DNA of 64,000 bases from Eledone cirrhosa (Eukaryota): the NCBI GenBank assembly GCA_964016885.1, contig OZ024751.1, positions 7,130,001 to 7,194,000 on the forward strand, in the 5' to 3' direction. The translations under genes and the position numbers were made by a program. A model generated the notes under the pieces. The model was given only the letters and a program-made list of their open reading frames with translations. It was not told where the DNA came from and did not search any database. Positions 1 to 12,531 of the stretch are shown one piece after another. How positions within the stretch are numbered: the stretch's first letter is position 1; each line of letters begins with the position of its first letter.

Positions 1-1340
1 AATCGTTCTTTTTAAAGCAACTCACATTTCTGTATTGTATTGTACAAATTAACTGATAGCTGGGTATGTAGCTTCTTAATGTAGTTGCTAAAATGGTTAT
101 TATGTGTGGTTCACTGAAGTAACGTTAGGTCTTCTCTTTGATTCGATAAACAAGATAATACATGAAAATAAAAATACACAAAAAACTTGCTTCGGATAAT
201 TTGATATTCAAGTGTTTTAGTAACAACTTGAAAATAATGATGTAGTAGATTGAAATTATACGGTTTCTAGGGAGAGAAGTAATTAAATTTATGTCGCTAA
301 ACCAAGCTGTTCACGAATGGAAGAATCTATATTTCAAGTAATTATTTCTGAGGCAAATTAAACGAAATCCTACTGAAAATTCCAGGTGAAAAAAAATGGG
401 TATGTTGTATGACCACTTAAAACCTGCATAGAATTTATTGAAACACGAGAATCGATTCACATTTGCACTTTCCAGGTACTCATAAAGTATGAAATGGAAA
501 CAGTTTCAAAGTTTTGCAATGAAATAGATAAAAAGAGGTAATATGTATCTGATTGTTATGTGTTTACTTCAACTAGCAAGATATTTTACTTGCATAAATG
601 TATATGGCTTCCTTGCTATTGTTTCTAAATTGATTAACATCCATTTGCTACTGTTGATTCTTAAGTGTCCACATTTGTACATCGTTCAATTTATGTATAA
701 CATTTGTATTTTATTTTCTCGAGTGATCCACAATGCACTGAATCCCAACATGTTTCGTTTACCAGATGGTACAATTGTATTCTGTCGTGCAATATGTATT
801 ATATTCACAATAAGTCTAACATAAAAACAGTGTGGTTTCGAAAGGCATTTCAAATAAATAGAACCGTTTCAGCATTCTATTTAGTCTATGTCGTGTATTT
901 TGAAGCGAAGGATATAGTATACATCGTTAAAGGAATCGTATAACAAAATTTAGTGTTATGTCTATACACGAAGAAAATAATTCTAACAACACCATGTCTC
1001 GTATCTACATCTATAGTACATTTCTACAAAGAAATATTCCAGTAGCTGCCTATGCGCTCAGTCAATATGTTATGTTCTAAACATTTCGCATATTAACTGA
1101 TCTTACGATTGTTAATTCTTATGGATTGTTAAATTTTGGCATTTCATATTTAAACAAATATTAAAACGAAAACAAATATAAATGACTCTAGTACTATTTC
1201 ATATTACAGGCTGCAGGTTCACTATAACTAACCTTGCAGATTTACGAAGAAAATTCCACAATATACATGAGCATATTATAATATAGCCACCATCATTATG
1301 AAAGTAAACGGTTGCAAGTAAAATCCGAAGCCTACGTATC

Positions 1341-1373
<33 letters not shown>

Positions 1374-1376
<3 letters not shown>

Positions 1377-1424
1377 TGGGCCGGCCGTCGAAGAAACAAC
1401 ACCATGCGCTCGGCCGCACCACTG
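1374..1424. mobile_element. Tiny Tc1/mariner-type terminal remnant (51 bp)
   Basis: TA|CAGTGGGCCGGCCG...CGGCCGCACCACTG|TA: imperfect ~14-bp inverted termini beginning CAGT, flanked by TA. Confidence 0.4.
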
Positions 1425-1592
1425 TATCATGAAAAGAAAACCTTTTTCGCCGAATTTATTGTTTTTTCGAATTTAAAGGTTTTTTTAGGAACGTTCAATG
1501 TTTATTTTAGGTTTTGCCGTCTGGAGAGTTCATCAGTGAAATATATATAACGGAGTTTTAAATAAACCTGAATCAACTATATATGGCCCCCG

Positions 1593-1624
<32 letters not shown>

Positions 1625-1625
<1 letters not shown>

Positions 1626-2070
1626 TTAAAATAACAGATAACATGTTAAGAAAAAGAATTGCTGCTTTCTCCCTTAACGGGGTCTTCTGAAACTAAAAAA
1701 ATAAATCTGTAAACGCAGAAGTAAATATTTCGAAAAACGTTGCAACCGAAGGAAGACAGGAAGACGATACTTTGGTTCGTAAAGACGTTCCCTGACAATG
1801 AACGGAAACAATGAAGATAATACGTCATTATGTGGAGTGATGAGAACAATTACACGCAAAGACAAAACCACGTTTATGGTATCACTGAAGTCGTAGACTA
1901 TAATTCTATTTAGGAAACCGAATGATTCCCTTCTTCAGAGTGAAGAATAATGTAAATAAATTACAGAGGTTATTGAAATCAACAATAATTAAATATATAC
2001 ATGCACGCATCCATATACTTACATACACATGCATACGCGAGAACACCCGTCATGGGTATGCAAAATATAA
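1625..2070 (-). repeat. Dispersed non-coding repeat, inverse copy of 4690-5290
   Basis: Reverse complement aligns by eye with ~4710-5285; shorter pieces at ~7888-8005 and ~24695-24810; copies abut (TA)n. Confidence 0.75.
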
Positions 2071-2074
2071 ATAT

Positions 2075-3200
2075 TAGATTAAAAAATCTAATAGTACCCC
2101 ATTCGACGTGAGGATGGGCGCCAGCAATTCTGCGGAGGTTACTGATCTTATCGGCTTTTTCCTTCTTTTCTCTATCAATGAAAAATTTCCCCAACGTAGG
2201 CGGTGGTTTGTACAGTGATGACGGTCATTTGACCATGACAAAGTGCGGCCCACGTGCTTGCGACAGGTTCAGAAAAGAACTCAAAGCCTTCTTTAAAGGC
2301 TTAAACCTCTCCATGCAGGTTGAGGCCAACCTTTCTGTCGTTAATTACCTCGACGTTACCCTCAATTTGTCGAAATACCCGTATAGAAAGCTTAATTACA
2401 TAAGTAAGCATTCTACCCATCCTGCCAGCATAACCAAGAACCTGGTAAGAAACGTTACTTTTAGGCTTTCCCGTCTATCTACAAACGAGTATATTTTCAC
2501 CGACCATTCCACATATTACAATGAGGCTCCTGCTCGGAGTGGATTTGTCGATAAGGTAACACATACAGAGTATGAGAATAGACCTAGGAAAAATAGATCC
2601 CGACGCATTATATGGTATAACACACCATATAATATGGAAGTGGCCACACCATTAGCTAAGATCTTTCTCTCCCTTATTATGAAGCATTTACCACCAGCAC
2701 ATAAATATAGTAACATTTTAATAGAAATACCAATCAAGTTTCTTACTCTACGATTCTCACCTTGCACATAACATCACTGCTTCAAATTTAGCTAAATTAC
2801 CTGTCGTAGGAACACGAGCAACCCTGTAGCTAATACTACCTGTAATTGTAGGAATCGGATTGACTGCCCCTATCCGGGAAATGCCTCTCTAGTAACATTT
2901 TCTACAAATTTAAAGTCCAAACGCCCACGTCCCGTAGGGCCTACATAGGGTTAACCGCCAATAGATTCAAGCAGCGTCTTAACAACCATACCCTTTCTTT
3001 TCTTAACCCTTTAAGAAGGAATATAACGTCACTTTCAGCTTATATCTGGAGTCTAAAAGACAAACACACCCAATATAAGTTACACTAACAGATCCTAGCT
3101 AGGGGTAGATCGTATAACGGAAATAAAATACCATGTGACATCTGCGTCGCTTCAGCAGAAATACACTACGCCAAAACCACATCTTAAACAAAAAGATAGA
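2075..3200 (+). mobile_element. Degenerate 5'-truncated Naiad-type Penelope-like element (RT + GIY-YIG)
   Basis: FDVRMGASNSAEVTDLIG, GGGLYSDDG, VNYLDVTLNL, IIWYNTPY (ORF 2178-2771), then CNC...CP and AYIG in shifted frames. Confidence 0.9.
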
Positions 3201-3362
3201 CAATAACGCACCAGAGTACTCAATACTTAGGGTAGTAGAGTGGGAAATAGGAAAAGTATGACCCCGACGGCAGAGCTCAAGCCGTTTCGACGTCTATTTC
3301 TGAGTCCAGAAATAGCCGTCGAAACGGCTTGAGCTCTGCCGTCGGGTTCATACTTTTTCCTA
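3201..3362. repeat. Fold-back remnant of the 3' terminus of the 44.3-kb PLE family (3' half of an HHR on both strands)
   Basis: ~55-bp arms centred near 3304; GAAACggcttgagctctgccGTC; matches 8355-8553, 8893-9023 and 44273-44415. Confidence 0.85.
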
Positions 3363-3382
3363 CATATATATACATATATATA

Positions 3383-3835
3383 AGAGACGTAAAATAAGAA
3401 AATTATAAAATTAACTTACTTACTAAAATATCACTTCCAACTAATTAGTTTCTGGAACGGAGTAAATATATTTTCCGAAGAATATTATAGAGAAGCATTC
3501 CGTCGTCAGGAAAGTCTATTCTCATGTAAGTTTCCAGGCAAAGCGAGGACACTGGAAACTTATTAAAAATAATTCACTGGATAGGAAATAGCGAAGCGTG
3601 GACTGAATTCCAAGCCATTGAGAAAATCACTGCCTCTACGTCTGTGGCAAATTCAAAAAGAATCGAACACGTGACATCGAGGTCAATCAGTGGAAAGTGG
3701 TTTGCTAATAAGACAGCGGCCTGCCTACAACCGTAGCAGCAGTCATGGACAATATTGCTCGACAAATAATTTGGAGATAATAATAAAGAATTCATATCTA
3801 GTAACATATATATACATACAGATGCATATCTGTAT
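3383..3835 (-). mobile_element. Partial copy of the ~525-bp HHR-bearing non-coding unit (HHR at 3433-3515)
   Basis: Homologous to 27248-28484 and 42932-44134; flanked by (TA)n. Confidence 0.85.
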
Positions 3836-3933
3836 GTATATATATGTTACTAGATATGGATTCTTTATTATATACATATATATATATATATATGTATATA
3901 CATATATATACATACACATATATATATATATAC

Positions 3934-4018
<85 letters not shown>

Positions 4019-4230
4019 GGCTGTTTAAGTATCGAGAGAGAGAGAAAAGGAAGTATAGGCAATACATACATTTAGTTGCAAATAGATTGTGCAGATGTGT
4101 TCAATACTCGTGCCTACAGGGTTAAATATTAGAAGCGTCAATATTTAGTGGGCAAGAAAAAATAAACAGAGCAATTATAAAAGAAATGAATACAACGAGT
4201 TTAAAACCGTTAAAACATGTTTATATAACA

Positions 4231-4275
4231 ATGCACCTACGTACGTTTCGCCCAGAATGGGCTTATCAAGGGCAT
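4231..4275 (-). ncRNA. Type I hammerhead ribozyme, U3-A8 core variant
   Basis: Minus strand reads atgccc TTGATAA gccca ttc tgggc GAAAC gtac GTA^ggtgcat; 5-bp stem II, palindromic loop III. Confidence 0.75.
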
Positions 4276-4676
4276 GGAAAACAAAAAAAATGATCAATAA
4301 GCTAACTAGGTGGGGTTTTAAGGTTAAATTCCCATCAGAGTTCTTTCTTCACTTACGTCCATGTGCTGTTATTACCGCAGAGCATGGGGAGTAACTCTGG
4401 CCGGTGCTCAAACAATCTTGTCCCACTTGGTTTTTTATCCATTCACATGATGTTGTTTTGCGTTATTATTTTATGGGTGCTGTTTCATTAATGCCAGTCC
4501 GAGCCTGGTCTGGGATGCACATTTATTATTAAGTGGTTGTTGCTTCACTAATGCCTATTCGAGCAGGGTCTGGGATGTACATGTGGTTTACAGATGTTTG
4601 TTTACACCGCCTGCAATATTATATACGTATTTATTTATTTATATACGTCACTTTAATTATTTGCATACACGCACAG

Positions 4677-4689
<13 letters not shown>

Positions 4690-4710
<21 letters not shown>

Positions 4711-5290
4711 GTGCGTGTATTTGTCTACCTATGGCGAGTGTTTTCGCGTATGCTTGTGTATGTACGTATTTGGATGCGTGTATGTATTTATTTAATTTCA
4801 ATTACCTCTGTATTTTATTTACTTTATTCTTAACTCTGCAGCCGAGAATCAGTCGGTTTCCTAAATAGAATGTTAGTCTACGACTTCAGTTATACCATTT
4901 ACGTGGTTTTTGTCTTTGCGTGCAATTGTTCTCCACGCTCCACATATGACGTACTATCTTCGTTTTCTTTCGTTCATTGCCAGAGAACGTCTCTTTGAAC
5001 CACCTAATAGAATCTTAGTCTACGACTTCTTTTATACCATAAACGTGGTTTTGTCTTTGTTGTTTTTCAAACTCCAAATAATGACGTTTTATATTCGTTT
5101 TTCCCCGTTCTTTGACAGGGAACGTTTCCACGACCCAAATTATCGTATTCCTGTCTTCCTCCAGTTGCAACATTTTTTGAAATATTCACTTCTACGTTCA
5201 CAGATTGACTTTGTTAGTTTCAGAAGATCCCGTTAAGGGTAAAAGCAGCGATTCTTTGCTTAAACTTTAATCTGTTATTTTAATAAATAT
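4690..5290 (+). repeat. Dispersed non-coding repeat with an internal direct duplication (~4865-5000 vs ~5008-5135)
   Basis: Block tagtctacgacttc...tatacca...acgtggtt occurs twice; inverse copy at 1625-2070. Confidence 0.7.
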
Positions 5291-5417
5291 TTGCTCTACG
5301 GTTCTTATATATTTGATATACAATTATCCTTATCAAGCCCTCTTTGGATTTTAGTTTTCAAATGTATTACTATTACTATGAAATATAAGAATCAAAGAAC
5401 TGTTCAAAACATTATTG

Positions 5418-5464
5418 TGCTTACAGCTGTTTCCTCCAAACCGAGATTTGGATTCTTCGGAGCA
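5418..5464 (-). ncRNA. Type I hammerhead, CCGAAGA (U4C) core
   Basis: tgct CCGAAGA atccaaatctcggtttggag GAAAC agct GTA^agca. Confidence 0.7.
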
Positions 5465-5558
5465 ATTTATTAATGAATGGACAGTTATATGACCTCCTTT
5501 TCAGCCAAGAGACATACCATTACTATTACTATATATATATATATATATATTTATATAC

Positions 5559-5589
<31 letters not shown>

Positions 5590-5590
5590 C

Positions 5591-5624
<34 letters not shown>

Positions 5625-5687
5625 GTACATATATATATATGTATATATATATATGTATGTGTATATATGCATATATATATGTATATA

Positions 5688-5749
<62 letters not shown>

Positions 5750-5801
5750 CATGTATATATATATGTATATATATATATATACATATCTATATATATATAT
5801 G

Positions 5802-5840
<39 letters not shown>

Positions 5841-5954
5841 CTATATATATATATATATATGTATCTATATATATGTATATATATATAGATATATATATAT
5901 ATATATGTATCTATATATATGTATATATATATGTATCTCTCTCTCCCTCTCTCC

Positions 5955-5986
<32 letters not shown>

Positions 5987-5987
<1 letters not shown>

Positions 5988-7682
5988 ATATAAGATAAAA
6001 AGATGGTTAAAGGAGTTCCATGTATTTTATTATGCGCATTTCAAAAACAAACATCATCATGCAATAATATTTGTGTTTTCATCAGATAAAACAGGAGAAC
6101 ATGATATGAAGGCTAAAAAACACTTGTGGATAGTGCAGTTTTAAATCAACATATGATAAGTGCTTTTAGATTGATGTGTGATATTGGGAAAAATATTTTA
6201 TTTAGAGAGGGGGGGGGTGGAAAGGATGAAAAAGGGGAGGAGATGAGAGGGAGAGATGGGTGATAGAGAGAAAGAGATAGTTTTTATAACTGAGAGAATA
6301 TATATTGTTTTACATAGAGAGGTTGAAAACCGTTGGAAGATAATGTATAAATTAAAAGAATTTGAAAATTAACGAAGGGAAGATATGTATGAGGAAAAAA
6401 TATTTTATTTAGGGAGGGGGGGAGTGGAAAGGATGAAAAAAAGGGGGAGGAGATGGGAGTGAAGGTGGAGAGGGAGAGATGGGTGATAGAGAGAAAGAGA
6501 TAGTTTTTATAACTGAGAAAAGATATATTGTTTTACATAGAGAGGTTGAGAACCGTTGGAAGATAATGTATAAATTAAAAGAATTTGAAAATTAACGAAG
6601 GGAATTTATGTATGAAGATAGAAAGAAAAAATAATAATTGTGGATGAATATTCTAACGTCAAAAAGAAGTGTATGTTGATAAGTATTGTGGCAATTTCAA
6701 AATTAACGAAGAGAAAAAATGATTAAGGTTTGTGTGTAGAAGGATTTGAGAAAAATAATGTGAAGTTAAAGTTTGTATATTGAAGGAATTGATATGTGCG
6801 AATATAGAGTTAATATGTATTAAGAATGAGTTCGTTGATGGGGAGAAAAAAATAATAAATTAAGGATGAAATTGAGATTAAAAAGTTTTATGATAGAGAG
6901 AAAAAATAATAATAATTGCGGATGAATATTCTAACGTCAAAAAAACAAATGTTTATGTTATGAAGGATTTTACAAGGTGAAGATAGAAAGAGGGTAATGA
7001 GTAAACAAGTATTATAGAGTGTATAATGCCCTTTGAAGTAAGGTAGGAAGATGGGTATATTTTAAAGAGGTGTATGTATATGTGCCTTTGAGAAAAGATT
7101 CTAAATTGATAAAGAATTGGATATTAACTGTATACTGTGTGAAAAGTCCTATGGAATTTATGCAGGCAGATAGAAAACAAATCTGTACGTTTATTTATTA
7201 TAGAATCTAGGTTAGAGATAATGGTAAATGTTTCATTTAGGCAGAGATTACAGATTTTAGATAGAGAGCTGTTCAAGTATGAGGATGCAGAAGAAACCTT
7301 CTTCCATCTTTTGGAAGAAGGTTTCTTCTGCATCCTCATACTTGAACTCCCCTTTTTCATCCTTTCCACCCCCCCTCTCTAAATAAAATATTTTTCGCAA
7401 TATCACACATCAATCTAAAACCACTTTTCATATGTCGATTTAAAACTGTACTATCCACAAGTGTTTTTTAGCCTTCATATCATGTTCTCCTGTTTTATCT
7501 GATGAAAACACAAATATTATTGCATGATGATGTTTGTTTTTGAAATGCGCATAATAAAATACATGGAACTCCTTTAACCATCTTTTGATCTCATATTACG
7601 TATACTCCAGTCCTACAAACTGTAGAGTGCTTCTTATCCGATATCTGCATTGCTTTATTGTACTACAATAAAACTCACCTCC

Positions 7683-7685
<3 letters not shown>
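5987..7685. mobile_element. Inverted PLE insertion: minus-strand 3' end of the Naiad family at 15750-18532 plus a plus-strand terminal repeat
   Basis: ORF 7124-7369 ends ICNLCLNETFTIISNLDSIINKRTDLFSICLHKFHRTFHTVYS, near-identical to the end of ORF 16723-17193; ~5990-6230 is the inverse of ~7350-7598; HHRs at 6025-6091(-) and 7493-7559(+). Confidence 0.9.
7493..7559 (+). ncRNA. Type I hammerhead ribozyme in PLE terminal repeat
   Basis: ttttat CTGATGA [stem II] GAAAT gcgc ATA^ataaaa; 6-bp stem I, palindromic loop III. Confidence 0.9.
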
Positions 7686-7772
<87 letters not shown>

Positions 7773-7799
7773 CATATATATATATATATATATAAATAC

Positions 7800-7833
<34 letters not shown>

Positions 7834-7834
7834 T

Positions 7835-7892
<58 letters not shown>

Positions 7893-8002
7893 TTGAAATA
7901 TTCACTTCTGCGTTTACAGATTGACTCTGTTAGTTTCAGAAGATCCCGTTAAGGGTGAAAGCAGCGATTCTTTGTTTAAACCTTAATCTGTTATTTTAAT
8001 AA

Positions 8003-8095
<93 letters not shown>

Positions 8096-8184
8096 TATAT
8101 ATAGGGCGGTTAAAATCCCGAATTTTTCTTGTCAATGGCTGACAATTCCTTACCGGCGCCACTCGAATAAGGTAGTTGTTTAAC

Positions 8185-8328
8185 CCATGAATGGAGCCCT
8201 AACAGGTACTACTACTTCGGGCCAGAGCAGACCTGGGAGTTATGACAACTAAGGGGTAACTCCACATTCCCCAAAGCTTCTGAACTCCCATGCCACTGGA
8301 TGTAGTTTAATGTCATACCCAGGACAAA
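8185..8328 (+). mobile_element. Retroelement 3'-tail fragment (SINE/LINE, family uncertain)
   Basis: ctaacaggtactactact...gacctgggag...ggggtaactccacattcccc...tgtcatacccaggaca resembles, from memory, a widespread aquatic-animal retroelement tail. Confidence 0.45.
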
Positions 8329-8354
8329 ATACATATATATATATACATATATAT

Positions 8355-8553
8355 AGGAACCAGTAAGACCCCGACGGCTGAGCTGAGCCGTTTCGACGGC
8401 TAATTCTGTACTCGTCCAGAATTAGCCGTCGAAACGGCTTGAGCTCAGCCGTCGGGGTCTTACTGGTTCCTATTACCCACTCTGCTACCCTAAGTATTGA
8501 GTACTTTGGTGCGTTATGGTCCATCTGGTTCCTTACCACATTTCCTTCGTTAG
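8355..8553. repeat. Fold-back remnant of the 44.3-kb PLE 3' terminus with a one-sided tail
   Basis: Near-perfect palindrome 8355-8472, then an ~80-bp tail matching 44273-44355 in reverse; another piece at 8893-9023. Confidence 0.85.
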
Positions 8554-8691
8554 AAATATATATATATATGAAAAAGAACACAAGAGCGTCTACAACATCA
8601 ACAGATTTTTATTGGCTTACAATGCTTCTTCCTTACGTAACCGTAGGATTCGTCAGAGCTATGAAAGGGGTTTGATTGGTGTTATGGACTC

Positions 8692-8742
<51 letters not shown>

Positions 8743-8744
8743 AC

Positions 8745-8894
<150 letters not shown>

Positions 8895-9133
8895 CGAAGG
8901 AAATGTGGTAAGGAACCAGGTGGACCATAACGCACCAAAGTACTCAATACTTATTGTCCCGAATTAGTCCAGAATTAGCCGTCGAAACGGCTTGAGCTCA
9001 GCTGTCGGGGTCTTACTGGTTCCTATATATATATAAACGGGAAAAAATGAAACGAAATTTCATTTCTCACTCTTAGTACGGCTGTTACTTAAATATAAGT
9101 ATGTATACGTACATACATATATGTATACAGACG

Positions 9134-9896
9134 TACAGTAATTCAAATTCAAGATCAAAATGAAAATCAAAATTAAAATCAAAATCAAAATTAAAATACA
9201 TTCGCCAGATAACACTGATCATGCAGAAGGATAGTTTGATAGTCAGATCTAGTAGATAGTGTATGCGTTATTTACAGATGTAGCATGCTAGTGTGTCTCA
9301 TTTTCATACGATTATTGTGTGGCAAGGTGTTACATGTAATGCAAGCACTCTAAACGGGTAAGCAAGAGTATTATGGTGGTTGTAGTGGTAGGGTATTTTT
9401 TGTATAGATCAAAAAAGTATGTGTGCAGAAACATAAAAAGAAAAAGAAGAAGCAAAAGAAATTTATAGTTTTCGTATCCGCCACCATTTTCACTTTCAGA
9501 AATGTGATGGATGTAATAACTATATCTTACATTTTCTGAATGGTCGTCGATACGAAAACTATAACTTTCTTTTGCTTTTTCTTTTTCTTTTTCTTTTTCT
9601 TTTTCTTTTTCTTTTTCTGCACACATACTTTTTTCATCTATAAAAAAAAATACCCTACCTCTAGAACCACCATAATACTCTTGCTTACCCGCTTAAAGTT
9701 CTTGCATTACATTGTAACACCTTGCCACGCAAGAATCGTATGAACATGAGACACACTTGCATGCTCCATGTGTAACTAACGCATACGCTACCTACTAGAT
9801 CTGATTATCAAACTATGCTCCTGCATTATCTGTGTTATCTGCCGAATGTATTTTAATTTTGATTCTGATTTTGATCTTGAATTTGAATTGCTGTAC
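9134..9896. repeat. Large imperfect palindrome (arms ~9134-9480 and ~9550-9896)
   Basis: tacagtaattcaaattcaagatcaaaa... mirrored by ...ttttgatcttgaatttgaattgctgta; no clear HHR or ORF. Confidence 0.85.
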
Positions 9897-10006
9897 AAAA
9901 ATAGTATAGTATAATATATGTCACTCCACTGTACATCAATATATACATATGTATCTGTATGTCTCTTGCGTTGGAAAAGAGGTCAATTATATGTACAAAC
10001 ATAAAT

Positions 10007-10051
10007 GCTCCGAAGAAATCAAGCCTCGGTTTAGATGAAACAATTGTAAGT
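10007..10051 (+). ncRNA. Type I hammerhead relic, CCGAAGA core (same family as 5418-5464)
   Basis: gct CCGAAGA aatcaagcctcggtttagat GAAAC aatt GTA^agt. Confidence 0.6.
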
Positions 10052-10248
10052 GAATAAATGCTTTGAACATAGCTTTGATTCTTGTGAATTCTATATAACT
10101 TCTCTGTAGAACAACTGATGTTATGACATTGAGCTATCTATCTTACTGGTAATAAGGTAGTAATAAATTACTGACCTTCACTGTTTAAGGCTTAAAATAT
10201 ATATAACTATAAAAAAGTTTAATATAAACATAACCATATATAGTATCC

Positions 10249-10301
<53 letters not shown>

Positions 10302-10357
10302 CACATATATATATATATATGTATATGTATATATATATATATGTATATATATGTATA

Positions 10358-10434
<77 letters not shown>

Positions 10435-10456
10435 TGTATATATATGTATATATATG

Positions 10457-10491
<35 letters not shown>

Positions 10492-10552
10492 ATATGTATA
10501 TGCACATATATATATGTATATATACCTTTATATATAGTATGTATATATATGT

Positions 10553-11690
10553 GTATAGGTTTAGGAATAAACAAAGAGTGCTTAGAAATACATTGTTTTA
10601 TTAGCTAACAGTGTTTCATCCATACCCTAAAGCAGGTATCATAAGAGCCTATAAACAAGAGTATATCAATAGTTTCATGCTCCATCAATCTGCGTCATCA
10701 GAACAAGGTTAAGGGGCCAGCAGGGAGGGGGGGGGGCGAGGGCAGCGCTAAATAGAAACATACACAATTCATGACGCATATACTGTCATAAAACGTCATA
10801 AAAAATCTCATAAAAAATGTCATAAAGTATTACATCAAATATCACATCAACAATTTGTTTACATGGTGCAATAGATGACAAGGAGGTTGGGAGAGGGTAG
10901 CAGGGAATGAGTGAAGGTGTTACTCAGCAAGATAACAAAATTAAAAAACAAAAATAAAAACAATAAAAAACGCAGAAGCAAACACCAAAATAAACAAACA
11001 AATCAAGGCATAGATACATCAAAGCAGAAGCAGTGTAGATACAGGATGTACAGGCAGATTAAGAGATCTTGCAAGCATGAGTCTGTGAGAAGGATAGTTG
11101 GTGCAGCTTTACACGTAGGATTGTCTATAGGAAGGTTATACCGCCTTGTAATAGGTCTATCCTCCGTATATTATCAGCATCCTACGGACAACATCCATTA
11201 GTTCCAGTTCCGAACGTTAGGCGAAGTAACACTATGTTTCCAAAACATATAGCCGGGGATTTATCCGGATAGGGAGTCAATCCCCTGCTACCCTCTCACA
11301 ACCTCCTTGTCATCTATTGCACCAGGTAATTGATAAACTTTTGATGTGATCTTTGATGTAATTTTTTATGACATTTTTTATGACATTTTATGACAGTATA
11401 TGCGCCTGCTGGCCCCTTAACCTTGTTCTGATGACGCAGCTTCATGGAGCAAGCAACTATTGATATACTCTTGTTTATAGGCTCTGATAATTCCTGCCTT
11501 AGGGTACGGATGAAACACTGTTAGCTAATAAAACAATGTATTTCTATTTCTAAGCACTCTTTTGTTATTCCTAAACATATAACGGCTCTGTAGTATACCA
11601 ATTATCCTACTTTGAGCTAAACCCACACTGTCATACCAAGGGCAAATCATCTGCGTGTCTGCACACATTGATATATTTGTAAACGAAACT
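10553..11690. mobile_element. Palindromic non-coding PLE-derived insertion with two HHR-like cores per arm
   Basis: ~10555-10900 is the inverse of ~11290-11580; CTGATGA...G(A/C)AAC followed by a second core...GAAACactGTT; one-sided tail to ~11690; (TA)n flanks. Confidence 0.75.
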
Positions 11691-11729
11691 ATATATGTGT
11701 AAATACATATATATATGTGTATATATATA

Positions 11730-12074
11730 CTAGCTGACCTACCCAGCTTCGACCGGGTAAACAGATGATAAGAGAAGACAGGTAAAAGACAACATGACTG
11801 CGAAAATGACTAATGTTTGTCTGGTTACAGTATGAGGCCAGTCCGTGTGATAAAAAAAAACAGTAAAAAAAATCTTCCAGATATACCAGATTCTTCGTTG
11901 TACTATTTGTGTATAGTATATGAACAATTTTAGGTTCTCCCACCTAGAATAGTGACCTCTAGGATATGGTTCATCTTCTGCCTGACTGTAAAAGGTGTAT
12001 CATTGCATAGACGTGGTTGTTCCACGTTTCTCAAAAGGATGATGGAAGTTTCAAACTTTTATATTATATGTAGA
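11730..12074 (-). mobile_element. Non-autonomous Helitron retaining the helicase C-terminus
   Basis: Minus strand begins A|TC, ends CTAG|T with a subterminal GC hairpin (11741-11758); internal VGEPKIVHILYTNSTTKNLVYLEDF matches the Helitron helicase end motif SRV...TKNIVYxE. Confidence 0.8.
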
Positions 12075-12087
12075 TATAGATTATTAA

Positions 12088-12531
12088 CTAGACCGGAATA
12101 ATGCGGAAGCTCAAAAGAGCCACAGAATGTTATAATAAACCTTCAAAATTGTGGGTCTAGAGTTGTTGCTCAAAAATATTGTAATCATTATCTATGGTAC
12201 ACTCTGTGGCATCCTATTATAAAAGAGATACTCATAACGAATTCAACACGACACGATAATTATTTAAGCTAATGTTCAATATCTCATACTAGATGTTTAG
12301 TAATGATTTATATGAAATGCACTTAAACCGAATTCTATATTATAAATTCACTCAAATAATTATCGTGTCGTCTTGAGTTCGTTATGAGTCTCTTTTTTAT
12401 AAAAGGATGCCACAGAGTGTACGATAGATAATGATTACAATATTTTTGAGCAACAACTCTAGTCCCACACTTTTGAAGGTTTATTATAACATTCTGTGGC
12501 TCTTTTGATCTTGCGCATTTTTCAGGTCTAG
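12088..12531. mobile_element. MITE/foldback-like element with ~178-bp terminal inverted repeats
   Basis: 12088-12265 is the inverse of 12354-12531; TTAA at 12084-87 and 12533-36; no HHR or ORF. Confidence 0.75.

Noticed and set aside
1-1320. Short ORFs in AT-rich unique sequence
   Set aside because: No recognisable domain or consistent splice structure
5215-5260. CAGAAGA-tccc-gttaa-gggt-GAAA/AAAA hammerhead-like string (also ~7935-7972)
   Set aside because: Core altered and no convincing stem I or III
8615-8659. Minus-strand CTGACGA...GAAGCattGTA hammerhead
   Set aside because: A15.1 is changed and stem I is only 3 bp; counted as a relic, not a functional call
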